Origin: Camelus ferus
Taxonomy: Eukaryota
DNA length: 64,000 nucleotides
Assembly (NCBI RefSeq): GCF_009834535.1
Contig: NC_045707.1
Span: 61,692,001-61,756,000, forward strand
Direction: 5' to 3'
Position 1 is the stretch's first letter. The number at the start of each line of letters is the position of its first letter. Position numbers and translations under genes: made by a program. This document shows, piece after piece, positions 38,731 to 52,055 of the stretch. The notes below the pieces were generated by a model, which did no database searches, was not told the origin of the DNA, and saw only the letters and a list, made by a program, of their open reading frames with translations.

Positions 38731-39922
38731 ATAATTCTTAACACTAGTTTTGTTAATCCCTTGAAATCTGGGTTCTCTCTTGTTTCTTTACTGAGAGTGC
38801 TTCATCAAGGGAAACTAATGATGGCCTGATCATCTCATCTAAAAGCCCTTTCTCTAGTTTTATCTTTGAACTCTGCAGCAACTGGCACTGTGAATCCCTC
38901 CTTGAAGCTTTCTCTTTCCTTTTCATCTCTGACAGTTGCCGTGCTCTTATCACTCAAACTGACAGTCCGTTCCCTTATTAGTCTTAGTTTGTACTTTTCT
39001 CCTAATCTATGAAGTTTGTTGTTTTCATAAACCTTTGTAAAAATCCATTTGGGGGAAGTGGTTGGGTGTGAACAAGTGAACCAGGGTTGAGTTAAACCTT
39101 ATGTTTGGTGTGGCCGTCATCTTCACTGTTGCTTCTTGTCAGTGTTTATTGAGCACCATCTCAGCGCCATTGGCATAAAATGGGAATAAAAATTTCTGCT
39201 GTCACAAGCTCGTGTTCTACCAAAGGGGCAGAAATAAAATATTGCAGAAATGAGGTAAGTGCTGTAGTAGAAATATGAATAGGACCCTAAGAAGAAAGTG
39301 CTCAATTTTGCCTCAGATTTCAGGGATTTGTTTCAGAGACCAGGTGGTTTCTGAGTTGAGTCTTGAATAATAAGTAGTTCTTTGCCAGTCATACAAAACA
39401 AAGAGGTGTATTTCAGACAGACCTGCATGTGCAGAGACATGAGGATTGGAGTGCTTTATACATCATAGAAGATGATGAGATTCACAGTGGAAAGGAATGT
39501 AAGGTCCACATAAAGAAATTTCCTGAATCACATATTAAGAACATCGTGTGTTATCCTGTAATTGGGAGCCGTTAAACTGTGTTAAGCAGATGAGTGACAT
39601 AATCACCTTTGTTCCCTTAAATAAGTGCTTATTCCTAGTAATCCAGGAAAAGCTAATTAAAGGTAAGTTAAAAGCTAAGCCATTGGCACTGGAGGGAAGG
39701 GAGAAAAAGACTAAAGATACTTCAAGTCTGAGAATCTACATGATTCAGTGACTCAACAGCCAAAGCTATTTTTGGAAAAAAAATAAGGAGTCTAGGTACC
39801 AAGCTGGTTAATTGGTGAATGATGGTTCAAAATAACAGAAAATGTAATGAAATAGGAAGATCAGATATTGGGCAAGTAGAGTTTGAAATTCCTCTGAAAA
39901 TAATAAAATGTATAGAAGTCAC

Positions 39923-40407
39923 TGTGATAGTTCATTTTATATGTCAGCTTGACTGGGCCAAGGGGTACCCCAGTTGCTGGTAAAACATTATATCTGGACG
40001 TATCTCTGAGGGTTTCTGGAAGAGCTTAGTGTCTGAGTCAATCCACTGAGTAAAGAAGATCCCCTCACTAGTGTGGGTGAGTGTCATCCAGTCTGTTGAG
40101 GGCCAAATAGAACAGAAGGGTAGATTACCTTGAGTGGGGACTCCCGGCCTCAAACATTGGCACTCCTGGTTCCTGGGCCATCAGACTCAGACTGGGATGT
40201 GCACCATTGGTTACCCTGGCTCTGAGGCCGTCAGACTTGGACTGGGACTGCGCCACTGGCTTTCCTAAGCTCCAGCTGGCAGACAGCAGATCATGGGACC
40301 TCTCCACCTCTGTAATCCTGTGAGCCAGTCCCTCATAGTAAATCTCTTTTTGTATACCTATATATATTTTATTGGTTCTGTTTCTCTGGAGAACCTGGAC
40401 TAACAGA
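39923..40407 (+). mobile_element. ERVL solo LTR (MLT2-like)
   Basis: tgtgatagttcattttatatgtcagcttgactgggc... ending tattggttctgtttctctggagaacctggactaa. Flanks gtcac / gtcat look like a 5-bp TSD with one mismatch. Confidence 0.88.
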
Positions 40408-40889
40408 GTCATTCTTTTAATTAATTAAATTAATTTTAATTGCCTTCAAATTATTTGTTATTTAATTGAGACTGAAGGAATTATGGGGAATTATGATTAT
40501 GAATCACAAAGAAAAGGCGTAAGTTGAAGGCTGACATTTTATGTATTGATGGCAGTTGGAATTGTGGAAATAGCTGAGATTATGAAAGATTTCCAGAGAT
40601 TCCAATATTTTAAAGCAGTGGATGCAGATATTTTCTGATTATTCCAGATTTCTGTGAATAGTGAGAATTCCTTAGATTATGGCTAACTTTATTCTTAAGT
40701 TTCAAAATTACTAAAATAATAAATGCATTATTTATTTATTTTAAAATCTGGTGAAGCAGCTAATTTAATTGAAGATCACCTTGGAGACCTTGTGATCTTG
40801 TATGGAGTCACTGGTGGGTCTCATTAGTTATATACAGAAGGGGTAAGAGACACCTGTCTTCCTGGATTACGATATAACCCAGTGATGTG

Positions 40890-41232
40890 AGCAAAGGTAT
40901 TTTTAATGGAAAATAAATTTTTGAAAAGAATAACATTTGTAAAAGAGAAAAAATGAAGTGAGAAGTGTGGTATTGTTTTACATTTTTGCAAATCTCTTTC
41001 ATGTCTGGCTTAATAGAAGTTGGCTGGATACTCATATCTCCTTGTGCATTGTCTGTTGTAAAACCACGTCATGTAGCCTCTGGAAAACTTCCCTGTAAAC
41101 TGGTGAGACAATGACAATGTAAACTGACAAAAAGTATTTTAATACTATTGCAAGACTAATTTTGATTTTATAGACGTGAACAAAGGTCTCAGGACCACCA
41201 GAAGTCCCCAGGCCACACTTGGGTAGCTGTTG
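40890..41232 (-). mobile_element. hAT-Charlie-family fossil with a transposase C-terminal remnant
   Basis: Terminal ...aggccacactttgggtagctgttg resembles a Charlie end. The minus-strand peptide MSIQPTSIKPDMKEICKNVKQYHTSH resembles the C-terminus of Buster/Charlie transposases. Confidence 0.7.
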
Positions 41233-43459
41233 ATGTAGTTAAATTGCTAAAGCAAGCAGCATTAATGTCGACCCTACTGAGTTTCCAATTACATAGCCTA
41301 TCAGTCCCCTCCTGATTTTAAATATGGCTTTTCTGCATCTTGTAACAAAATTACTTTACACATGGGCTTTTGTTTTGTGAGCTATGAGAAACTTGCCTTT
41401 GCCCTCTAGGCAGAATTTGCAACTATTTGTGCAAATAGTGCCCAAGGCCTTCAGGTAAAGGAGGAAATGAGACTCTCGTGTCCTCTGTCCACATAGGGAT
41501 ACCTGTGGAGATAGACTAGAGTGCACTGGAGGGGTCCTGACCCAGGCTGGGTAGCAAGGAAGAGTAGATAGCCACTAAACAAAGTGATCTCGAGGGGAGA
41601 GGATACCAAAGTCCTAACTTAAATATGTAAATATGTTTGGGGAAGGGTCAGCTCCATTGGAGCTATGGCTGGGCTTGGAAGACTCTCGGGACTCAGCTAC
41701 CTGGGCATAAATCACGTTTATAGAAGGGATTGCTGGGCAAGCAGACATGGAAAACGAGAATAATAATATTTGAGACTGAAGCTTGGGACACCCTGTGGTG
41801 TATATACAGCAGAGGTGGCACTGCAGGGTAGACTGACATATGCATCACTGGGTAGAGTGTGTTTTACCCACAATGCATAGTGTCTGAAGAAACAGATTTA
41901 TTGGTCAGCAAATCTTTGGCAGGTGTTCTTAAGCTAGTCACCTCCCTTCACCTTCAGCTAACTCTCTGTTCACCTCCCTCAGTTTCAACTGAGTAAAATC
42001 AAGGATTCTTAAATGTTCATTTTCGAAAGTAATTGTTAGCCTAAAGAAAGATATACTGGGACTCATGGTTAATAGGGCTTAAAATGTGACCCCCTCAGTA
42101 ATCCTAGGCCATGGTGGTGCATGTCACATCATTCCAAGCCAAACTGAATCTTTTAGAAATTAAGACAAATTAATATATGCTAAAGATGGAAAATCTGGGG
42201 AGAGTTTTCAGTATTTTGAATTCAAGAATTACAACTCATGTTTATGTTGTGAAATGACTATAACCTATTATTATTATGACTGAAAGGTGTAGACTTTTTC
42301 TTCAGTCTAATGAAACAATTATAAAAATTATTTTCATGAAATATGTCAGTTGCACACTAAATTTCATTGTGAGACTTAGAGAAGTAAAATGATATTGTAT
42401 ATTTATATTTAATGGCTTTTAATTCTAGTTCTCTAACTTTGAACACCATAATGCATTATGATAATATTAACATTATGTACAGTCCTCTGTTGCCTGTATC
42501 CTGGAAAATTTTACTTGGGTATGAGTGGATAGGTCCTGATGGTAAAAAAAACAACTGAATTTCTATGATATCAGTCTGTGGCATAGAAAAAAAATGTAGA
42601 GAGAATGGTGTGTATGTTGGATAAAGATATCAAAAACATGGTGGAAGATATTTATCAGGAGCCATGTAAGTCTCAGTGGCCAAAAGTAATACTTGGATAT
42701 ATTTTCTTGATTTAAGGAATCTAAATCTTATATTGTTTTATATCAATTTCTATATCTGTCTATATAATTTCTATACCTAATTTCTATACCTATCTATATT
42801 TAATCTATACCTACTATGTATAGTACATGTCTATTCACACATATAACACATTTTACATGTAGATATCAGTATACAACATGACATGTTATAAACACAGATT
42901 ATATAGTTACCTGTAGCTTAATCTTCTTCACCTTCTTCACTGAATTCTGAATTTAGTGATCATGTGGATGTATTGCGGCCCCATTAAGGAAAGAGCAGTT
43001 TTCTTCAATATAATTCAGTACTGCAAATGCAGTAAAGTTTGTGGAACTTCTTTTAAATGTTAAAACTTGGATGAAGAGAAGTTGATTTTACCAGCCTCAG
43101 AAAAAGGCAACGTAATTGTCAACTCTGCATGGAACCAGCTAATACTGGGTTCTGCTTGTTCCTGTTTGGCTGGCCCTTGAGGATAGACTTACTAATGAAA
43201 GAGACTTTTTCTCTCTCTGGAGACCACAGTTCTGTGAACACCACCATGCTTTTGTTAATTACAGCAAAGCTAGTGTATGGGACTTGAATATGTACATAAT
43301 TAAGAGCATCTGCTGAGTTTCAGGTGCTGTAGAGAAAGAGAAAAATTGCAGACTGCCAGCATATAATTTTTATGGACAAATAAAATCAGCTTAATGATCA
43401 TTGAGAATGAAGATCCAGGTTTAATCCTTTCTTGGTCATTATTTTCTTTGAACTTTGTT

Positions 43460-43975
43460 TTAAAATTAAACTTACATTACATGATTAAAAATTTTGTGAA
43501 AAAGTTACACTTCGCAGACATTTGTAAAATTAGTTGAGATTCTCCATTAGCAATGCAGTCACTCAGCACCACCCTTACTACATACCCAGGTGTAGCCATT
43601 GTGGAGAACACAGTATTTCTATTTATTTGTGTGCACTAGTCATACAAAAAGAAAGAAATGGGATTAGGCTCTGCATATTGTTGTGCCACAGCCATTTAGA
43701 GTAGAATCTGGCACATAGTTGTGCCAGGTTGTTGTTGTTTAATACGTTTCATTGGAGATCATTCTGTATTAGTACGTGCTGAGCTACGCCATTCTTTGTA
43801 ATGGAATATTATGATATACCATTGACTCATGGACATTTACATTTTTTCTGGGCTTTGGGTTTTTTTGGTACAAAAATGCTAAGTGAATGTCCTTCTACAT
43901 ATATTCTTTTATTTTTATATACATATTTTACCAAGGTAAATTTCTAAAAGTGGAAATTTTGGATCAAGAGGCACT
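43460..43975 (-). mobile_element. Ancient L1 (L1ME-like) fragment
   Basis: Degenerate antisense L1 motifs (aaatgggatta...ctgcatattg, tggagatcattc, atggacatttaca, aaatttctaaaagtggaaattttggatcaa). Confidence 0.5.
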
Positions 43976-44273
43976 GTGAGCTCTTTTACTTCATCGTTGT
44001 AAGTCCTTGCTCTTCTCATCTCTTTTTTTCATTTAAGAGAGAAAAGCAGACTGAGAATAATAGGCATGACGTTTTCCCATTTGGAAAATATATAATATCC
44101 TTGAAATGAAACTAAAAATAGGTGTGCCTCTTGTGGAATTGAAAAAACGAATTCTTTGGCGTGTAGTTTAGGTAACTTGTCTTAAAAATCTTCTTGTAAT
44201 GCTCATTTCCAAGTATTAAATTATCTCATTGACTTTCATTAAAAAAATAGAGGTGAGTTTAATTTTTCTTCAA

Positions 44274-44419
44274 ATATACACAAAATGTTATGATAACTCA
44301 CAGAGAAAAAAATGTGACAATGAGTGTGTATATGTCCATGAATAACTGAAAAATTGTGCTGAACACTGGAATTTGACACAACATTGTAAAGTGATTATAA
44401 ATCAATAAAAAATGTTAAA
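44274..44419 (+). mobile_element. Young 5'-truncated L1 3' end with a 33-bp perfect TSD
   Basis: aataactgaaaaattgtgctgaacactggaatttgacacaacattgtaaagtgattataaatcaataaa. Direct repeat at 44241-44273 and 44420-44452. Confidence 0.9.
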
Positions 44420-44861
44420 AAAAAAATAGAGGTGAGTTTAATTTTTCTTCAACCTTTTCCCGCCTTTAAGATTTGCAATATCCATCGATGTTTCTAATTG
44501 TGAATTAATAAGATGAAGTGATTTTTAAAGACAGAGTCTGTGTTGGGGCCAATGGAATTTTACATAACAAATTAATATTTTTTAAATGTGTTCCTTTACT
44601 AATTTCATAAAAACTGAGCACCTACTTCTTGCCATGGGTTAGGCCCTGTCCTTGGCTCTAGGGATAGATGTTAAGTCCTTTCCTTTGAAGAGCATGTGGA
44701 TGTGTAGAATCAGTAACAGAAGTGTGTGAAAACTGCTGCATTATCGTCAGTGATCCTGGGCCAGGGCACAGAGGAGGGTCACTTGGTCAGTCTGGTTCTC
44801 ATTGCATTTTGTAAGTTCTGGTGCTTTTGAGTTAGTCATTGAGTTCAGCTGTATTTATTCT

Positions 44862-45125
44862 TTTTTAAAATTATTATTTATTTACTTATTTATTTATTAA
44901 CTTTTTTTTATTGAGTTATGGTCATTTTACAATATTGTGTCAAATTCCAGTGTAGAGCACAATTTTTCAGTTATACATGAACATACATATATTCATTGTC
45001 ACAATTTTTTTTTTTTTTGCTGTGAGCTACCACAAGATCTTGTATATATTTCCCTGTGCTATACAGTATAATCTTGTTTATCTTTTCTACATTTTGGAAT
45101 CCCAGTCTGTCCCTTCCCACCCCAC
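44862..45125 (-). mobile_element. Young L1 3' end with a 16-bp TSD
   Basis: Reverse complement of the same family. Flanks cagctgtatttattct (44846-44861) and cagttgtatttattct (45126-45141). Confidence 0.9.
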
Positions 45126-47157
45126 CAGTTGTATTTATTCTCATGCTAACAGGAAAGGGGAAATGGTGGAACATAAAAATAGACTGCATTTTCCACCTTC
45201 CTCTTGGCCTGTTATACATACCCGGAGATTCTACTTGCATGTTTGCTTTGAGGTACACTGACATACTACCTTCTGTGTAGAACCTGGAGTCTGAGGACAT
45301 CTGCATGGTCACTAATTAGGGGGAAAAAAAAGAGTGTTGGGCATTCTGTGTAGCTAAGCATGAACACTAAGATGCTGGGGAAAAAGTAACTACTCATGGA
45401 CCTACAAGCCGATATTTTAGTCAAATATTCCTACCCTGAGACTGCCTTGGGTGATAGATCAGTTCTGTGAATTCAGCCAACATGATACACCATGTCTGGA
45501 AAGCTTTCTTATGTTTTAATTAGTATTTAACATGCCTCTTTTTATTTTCATTTAATGCTTGTAGGATTTTGTGGTCTTATCACAGGGGAAAAGGAAGAGA
45601 AAGGTGGCAATGTGATTTTTCTTCCCCAACTCCCTGGTAAGACACAGACTTCAGTAACAGAATGGTTGGGAGCTAACATTGGCATCATTTGGACCTATGA
45701 ACCAGTTCAGTTAGCTTCTGCTGTAAATTTGGCTTTTTTGCTTCCTTATACATACTTTTTTTGTTTCATTTCTGTTATTTCCTTTTTTCACATCCTTTTT
45801 TTCCCCACTAGAATGTAGTCTGCCTTATTATTTTGTTCATTTATTCATTCTTTTATGAATTCTTCCATCCTTCTATTTGTTCATTCAGCCATACTATATG
45901 TTAACTACTGTGCCAGAAGTAGGAGATAAAAACATGAATATGACATCATTCTAGTCCTTAAACAGTTCCCAGTTCAGTGAAGGAGAAAAACAAGTAAAGC
46001 CTTCCTTTTCTCCCCCATTTATTTTCTTCTCAGTTTCTTTTTCTTCATATTAGCAGTCTAGCTTCATATTTACCCATTTTGGCTTAACTCAGTGAATCAG
46101 GAAGAAAAGAAGACATTTTTCTGTGTGCAAGGCTGTTAGAATTAAGTTCAGATAAAGTGCACAAATTCCTTGTTGAAGGAATCCAAATGTGTCCTCTGGA
46201 GAGTTCTAGATCTTCAAGGCTTCTGAGGTTACCCTTTGATTTGATACTCAAACTAAGATCCTAATACCCTGAGCTCCTGTTCATTCTCATGGAAGCTCTG
46301 TCTCTCCCAGTATCTCCAAGGACTTTCACGGGGGCTGCATTTCTCCTGATTACCTTTTACTCTTATCTGTTACTTTCCTATATTTTTGAAACTTACTGTG
46401 TATCTCGCCTTCCGTGGTTGACTGTCCCCATCTTTTTGTCCTCTCAGGGTCTAATACCTTCATTATTCAAAGCACCTTCCACTGAGCTGTTTCGTACAGC
46501 CATGTCTTGCTGAAGGTCTAGCAGAGCAAGCATTATCTTAAAATTTATTGTTCTCCATTGGTCTCCCAAAGTTCTGCTCTGTACCTGTGGAGGGACTTCT
46601 CAACTGTTTGTCCTCACGTTGTGGGCCTTTCGTCCTTCTCCTTAAAGACCTTTCTCATTTCCTTCTCCTCAGAGTTCAGTTCCCAATGTCCTCACTTTCA
46701 GGCTGACAGAAGCCAACTTCCAATTTCCTACCATGTTATTTATGAATAAAACATGGCCTTTCTAGCTGTTGTTTTTTTTAAAGCAAAATGATCCTCTACT
46801 TCTAAAATGAATGTTGTATCTTTCCAAGAATATCAAAATTTGCTTCTCTTTTTGATACTCTTTTTATTTTCCTATTATAGTATTATCACACTTCAGCAGA
46901 TTTACAAAGTCCTTAAAAGCCGAAGAGAGACTGAGTTATAAAGACTACAGTGATGAATAATAAAAATATAAAAATTATGTAGTTATTTAAGTGATGCTGA
47001 TAAAAATATTGATAAATGTAAGTTCCAAATGACTTATATAAACAGGCAACTTTTGTTTTACAAAGTTTTGTGTCTTAGAACTGTGTTTATTTAGAAATTG
47101 TTTAGTTGCTTCATTTAATCACAGATATTTCTGAGTCACAACACACACACAGAGGCA

Positions 47158-47158
<1 letters not shown>

Positions 47159-47194
<36 letters not shown>
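47159..47194. repeat. (AC)18 microsatellite
   Basis: Perfect dinucleotide run preceded by a shorter AC run. Confidence 0.95.
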
Positions 47195-47196
<2 letters not shown>

Positions 47197-47359
47197 ACTA
47201 AACATCCCATTACATAGGAGACAGTGAACTGTTCTTATTAAGGTTTAGGAAGATTCCTTTAAGAGTCTACAAGTGCCTGTAATTTAAAAACTGATAACAG
47301 TTCATTTAATAATGAATGATCAATCTTGTAGAATCAGTCTGTTGGAAAAAACACTAGAA

Positions 47360-47510
47360 CAGTGGTTTCAAACTTTACTTTGTATAGCAATCACCTAGGA
47401 AGCTTGTTAAATGCAAATTCCATCTCCCCTAACAAGAGAATCTGTATCTGATGTCTGATGTGGGGGTAAGGACTTCACAGTGTGTAAGCTCCCCAGGTGT
47501 ATTCTAATAA
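47360..47510. mobile_element. MER5-like hAT-Charlie fossil
   Basis: cagtggtttcaaacttt...aatcacctaggaagcttgttaaatgcaaattcc...aagctccccaggtgtattctaat. Confidence 0.6.
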
Positions 47511-48229
47511 ATGTGAAAAAAAAAACTCCTTTTCTGGGAATAGGGGTGGGTAATTTAAATGATTTCCAAGTACAAAATGACTTCATGTTACTTAAATTCC
47601 AACCACCAAGTGTGGTGTCTTAAGACGTTTGTTGACCTTTTCCTGACAACATAATAATTTGTTTAATGAACACAAGCATCAACATAAAGTAATGGTTATA
47701 TTTTTTTAAGTATACTAAAATATATATAATAATGATTTCTAATATTTGCATGGTTCCTTACATTAAAAAAAAATCTTAATATGTATCTTTTATTTTCACT
47801 TTATCCCAGAAAATGGGACTGGTACCATAATTTAAGACAGATGTCTGAAGGTCTTCCAATAGATGGACAAGTTCAAAGGAGCTCTGCCAGCAATCAAACT
47901 GTTCTCAAGTCACTTTATGGCCTTGTTTTAAATTTAAAACCTGGGTAATGTTTTTGATTGATTTACAGCATTTCAGAAAAAGAGGTTAAAACTCAGGGTC
48001 TCTGCTCTAGTTTGGGATTTATTCATCACAATTTCCTTTGGTGTCGTAGTCAAGGCATCCCTTGAGAAAGTGAGGTCAGAAAATCCGGACCTTTCTGCCA
48101 AAGCTTCCCTGCCGTGTGATGTACGTCGCCCTTTCCATCAAGTTACCCCTGTTCGTTCCTCAAATTTCAGTCTATTGATATTTTTAGAGGTTTCTGTGAC
48201 CTCTTGGCCTAACTAAAGTCTTTAAGTCA

Positions 48230-48432
48230 TTTTTTTTCTTTCATTGCATTTATTATGATTGTAATTATATCATTTTTGTGTGGTGAAATATTTAACGTCT
48301 GTATCCCGAGTAGACCGTGACTTCCTCAAAGGCAGGGATTGTGGTTTGTTAACTACTGTTAAATTAAGACCCTAGCCCTGTGGCTTGGCATAGAGAGGCA
48401 CCTAATACACAGTTGTTCAGTTCATGAGTGAA
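48230..48432 (+). mobile_element. L2 3' end
   Basis: tagaccgtgacttcctcaaaggcagggattgtg...cctagccctgtggcttggcatagagaggcacctaatacacagttgttc. Confidence 0.6.
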
Positions 48433-49221
48433 GAGTAGGAAAATGTGTGACTGGGGAGATTCCAGTGTTCCATATTGGCAAGCATTAACATATACTAGAA
48501 AACTGTCTTAGTTGTACGGGAGGTGGTCAGGCAGCCCAGGACTGATAATGAAAGAGCAGTGCTGGGAAGTCCCAGTCAGTGCTCTACAGGAATGCAGGTG
48601 GATGGAGTTTGAGACTGCACAGTTGGCTGGAAAAAAACACTGACTCAGGAACACTAGCAGCAAAAAATAAAATTGCAGTTTACTTTAACTGCCTTATATT
48701 CTCTAACTGCCTCATAGAATTTGTCCACTAAAACTTTAGGCACTTTGCTGGTGCCTAGGTGGGGATGGTGGAGAGTGTGGGACGTGGCCGTTGGGGGAGT
48801 CAGTACAGACTGGCAGGGCCCTAATGACAAAAGAAGATTACAGGGGGAATCAGAAACAAATATGACTAAAATCTATAGAAAACACTGTGATTGGATGATG
48901 AAGTAATGTATAAATCAAAAATAATTGATTCTTCCTCCAAAAGTATCAGTGGGGTCCTAGTGATAGTAAGTATTAGTTGATTTAAAAAGAACTGTAAATT
49001 TTTTTTTATACAAAGGGAAAGCTGAGTGGAAAAAGCATGCCATTATCTTGCAATATGTCTGCAAAAGATAATAGTCAAATCATAATGTCAAAACCAAGGA
49101 AAGTTGGAAGATATGCATGGAAAAATAAGTCAACGCCATGAAAATGACATGCCTTGTAATAGTATATAATTTACTAACTGGCACACTGCGTAGAAACAAT
49201 TCCATAATTTGAGGGTGGTTC

Positions 49222-49441
49222 TTTCCTTTTTCATTGAAGTATAGTTGATGTACAGTATTAAGTAAGTTTCTGGTGTACAATATAATGATTCACAATTTTA
49301 AAGATTATATTCCATTTATAGTTATTATAAAATGCTGGACAATAATCTCTGTGTTGCACTATATATCTTTGTAGCTTACTTATTTTATACATAGTTTGTA
49401 CCTCTTAGTTCCCCTACCCCCATCTTACCCCTCCTCCCTAA
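49222..49441 (-). mobile_element. L1 3' end
   Basis: ttgaagtatagttgatgtacagtatta...gattcacaattttaaagattatattccatttatagttattataaaat; same family as 421-1112. Confidence 0.82.
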
Positions 49442-50912
49442 GGTGATTCGTTAAGACCGATAATCTCAGTCTTACGGTTTTTTTAAAGATCCTTTTATAT
49501 ATTACACTTGGTGAGATTTGTATGTCTCTTACATTGAAACTCAGCCAGGGAAAACAGGAGATAGTTTCAGTCTCTTCCTGAAACTTAGATCTTCTCAGTG
49601 GCACAGCTGAGAAGCAGGGAAGAGCTCTGGATTGGGGATATATCCTATTATTCCAAAATAAGGGCCTCCCTCCCTTGACTGATCACCTCCTCCTCCTCCT
49701 GAATAATTCGTTTGTTAGACACTCAAGGAGCAGTCAGTCTCTCAGTGCTCATTAAGCGTGCTCAATCCAGGAGACTTATCAGAGAGCACCAGGAATCTGC
49801 CAGCTTCTTTGAAAGCCTCTGGTAGTGACAAATGACAATGGTGCCATTTGCTAAAACAGCTGGGTTTCATGTCTTCAGATCTTTAATATTAAGAAGTAGG
49901 TGATCCTAAGATAAATAAATGTTTCAACATATCTGTGTTCTGCATTTGAGAGTCTAGTAGTTGTGGGAACAGAATCGGGCAAAATTTATCAAATGAGAGT
50001 CTCAGGTCTATCACTTTGTAACCTTATGACTGGAAGAATAACAGACTATGGCTATTCTGGAACTGTAAAGGCAGAGGTATAGTGTTTTTATGAGTATTAA
50101 TAAAAGTTAATTATGTAAATTGCTTTTAAGAGTGTCTGGTACCAATAAGAACTATGTAAGTGAGAGCTTTTATGATTATTCTGTATTAGATGTATGTGTT
50201 CATATATTATTGACTGAAGAAATGTAAAATTAAAAAAAACCCCAAAACTTTATAACACATTACTCTGACATTTGGAGTTTTTTTCAGGAGAGCAAGAAAA
50301 TTGCCTTTTAATTTGTTCTTAATTCTTTCCGTCTCTTCAGTCTTGATGCCTACACTTTCTCCCTAGAGTCGCTCTTTCTGACAAGACTCCGGCCTTAAGT
50401 TGATATAAATTAAACGGTAACTTAGCTCGAGTATTTGTGTGTGTGTGTGTTCATACCTCATGACAATCTGAACATTATAGATAGAAAACTACAGTTAAAT
50501 ATGAGTGGCTTCCAAATTTCCATGAGTGGACTGTACCTTATATTTATGGTTGTAAATCTTGATCTAATACATGAAGATTTCCAGGATCACAAAAAAATAT
50601 CTGGAGCCATCGTCTACATTTATTACTTTTTTCCAGCCTGCTGCCCTTAAATTCTCTCTTGCAGGGATTTTTATGCTCTCTTCACAGGTATGGTTCCCTA
50701 CACAAGAGAGTCAACTTACTTTCCAACAGAAAGCAAAACTTTTAATCTATATAAGCTGAAAACAAAATTTGAAGCACATTACCTATGCAACTCTAATGAA
50801 TGTTACTGACACATCTCTTCTTACACTTGAATAACATCCCAAGTGAAATCTCCAAATATGCTTTTATTTTATTTTTCATCTACAGGAAACGATGTGCTTA
50901 GATTTGGATTGA

Positions 50913-52055
<1,143 letters not shown>

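Noticed and set aside
43562..43572. REST/RE1-like TCAGCACCAC (also TTCAGCAC near 17082)
   Set aside because: Only the left half-site is present and the GGACAG right half is missing; the 43562 match is also inside an old L1 fragment.
44112..44121. MEF2 consensus CTAAAAATAG (reverse copies at 1101 and 61620)
   Set aside because: Expected by chance in AT-rich DNA, and one copy is inside an L1.
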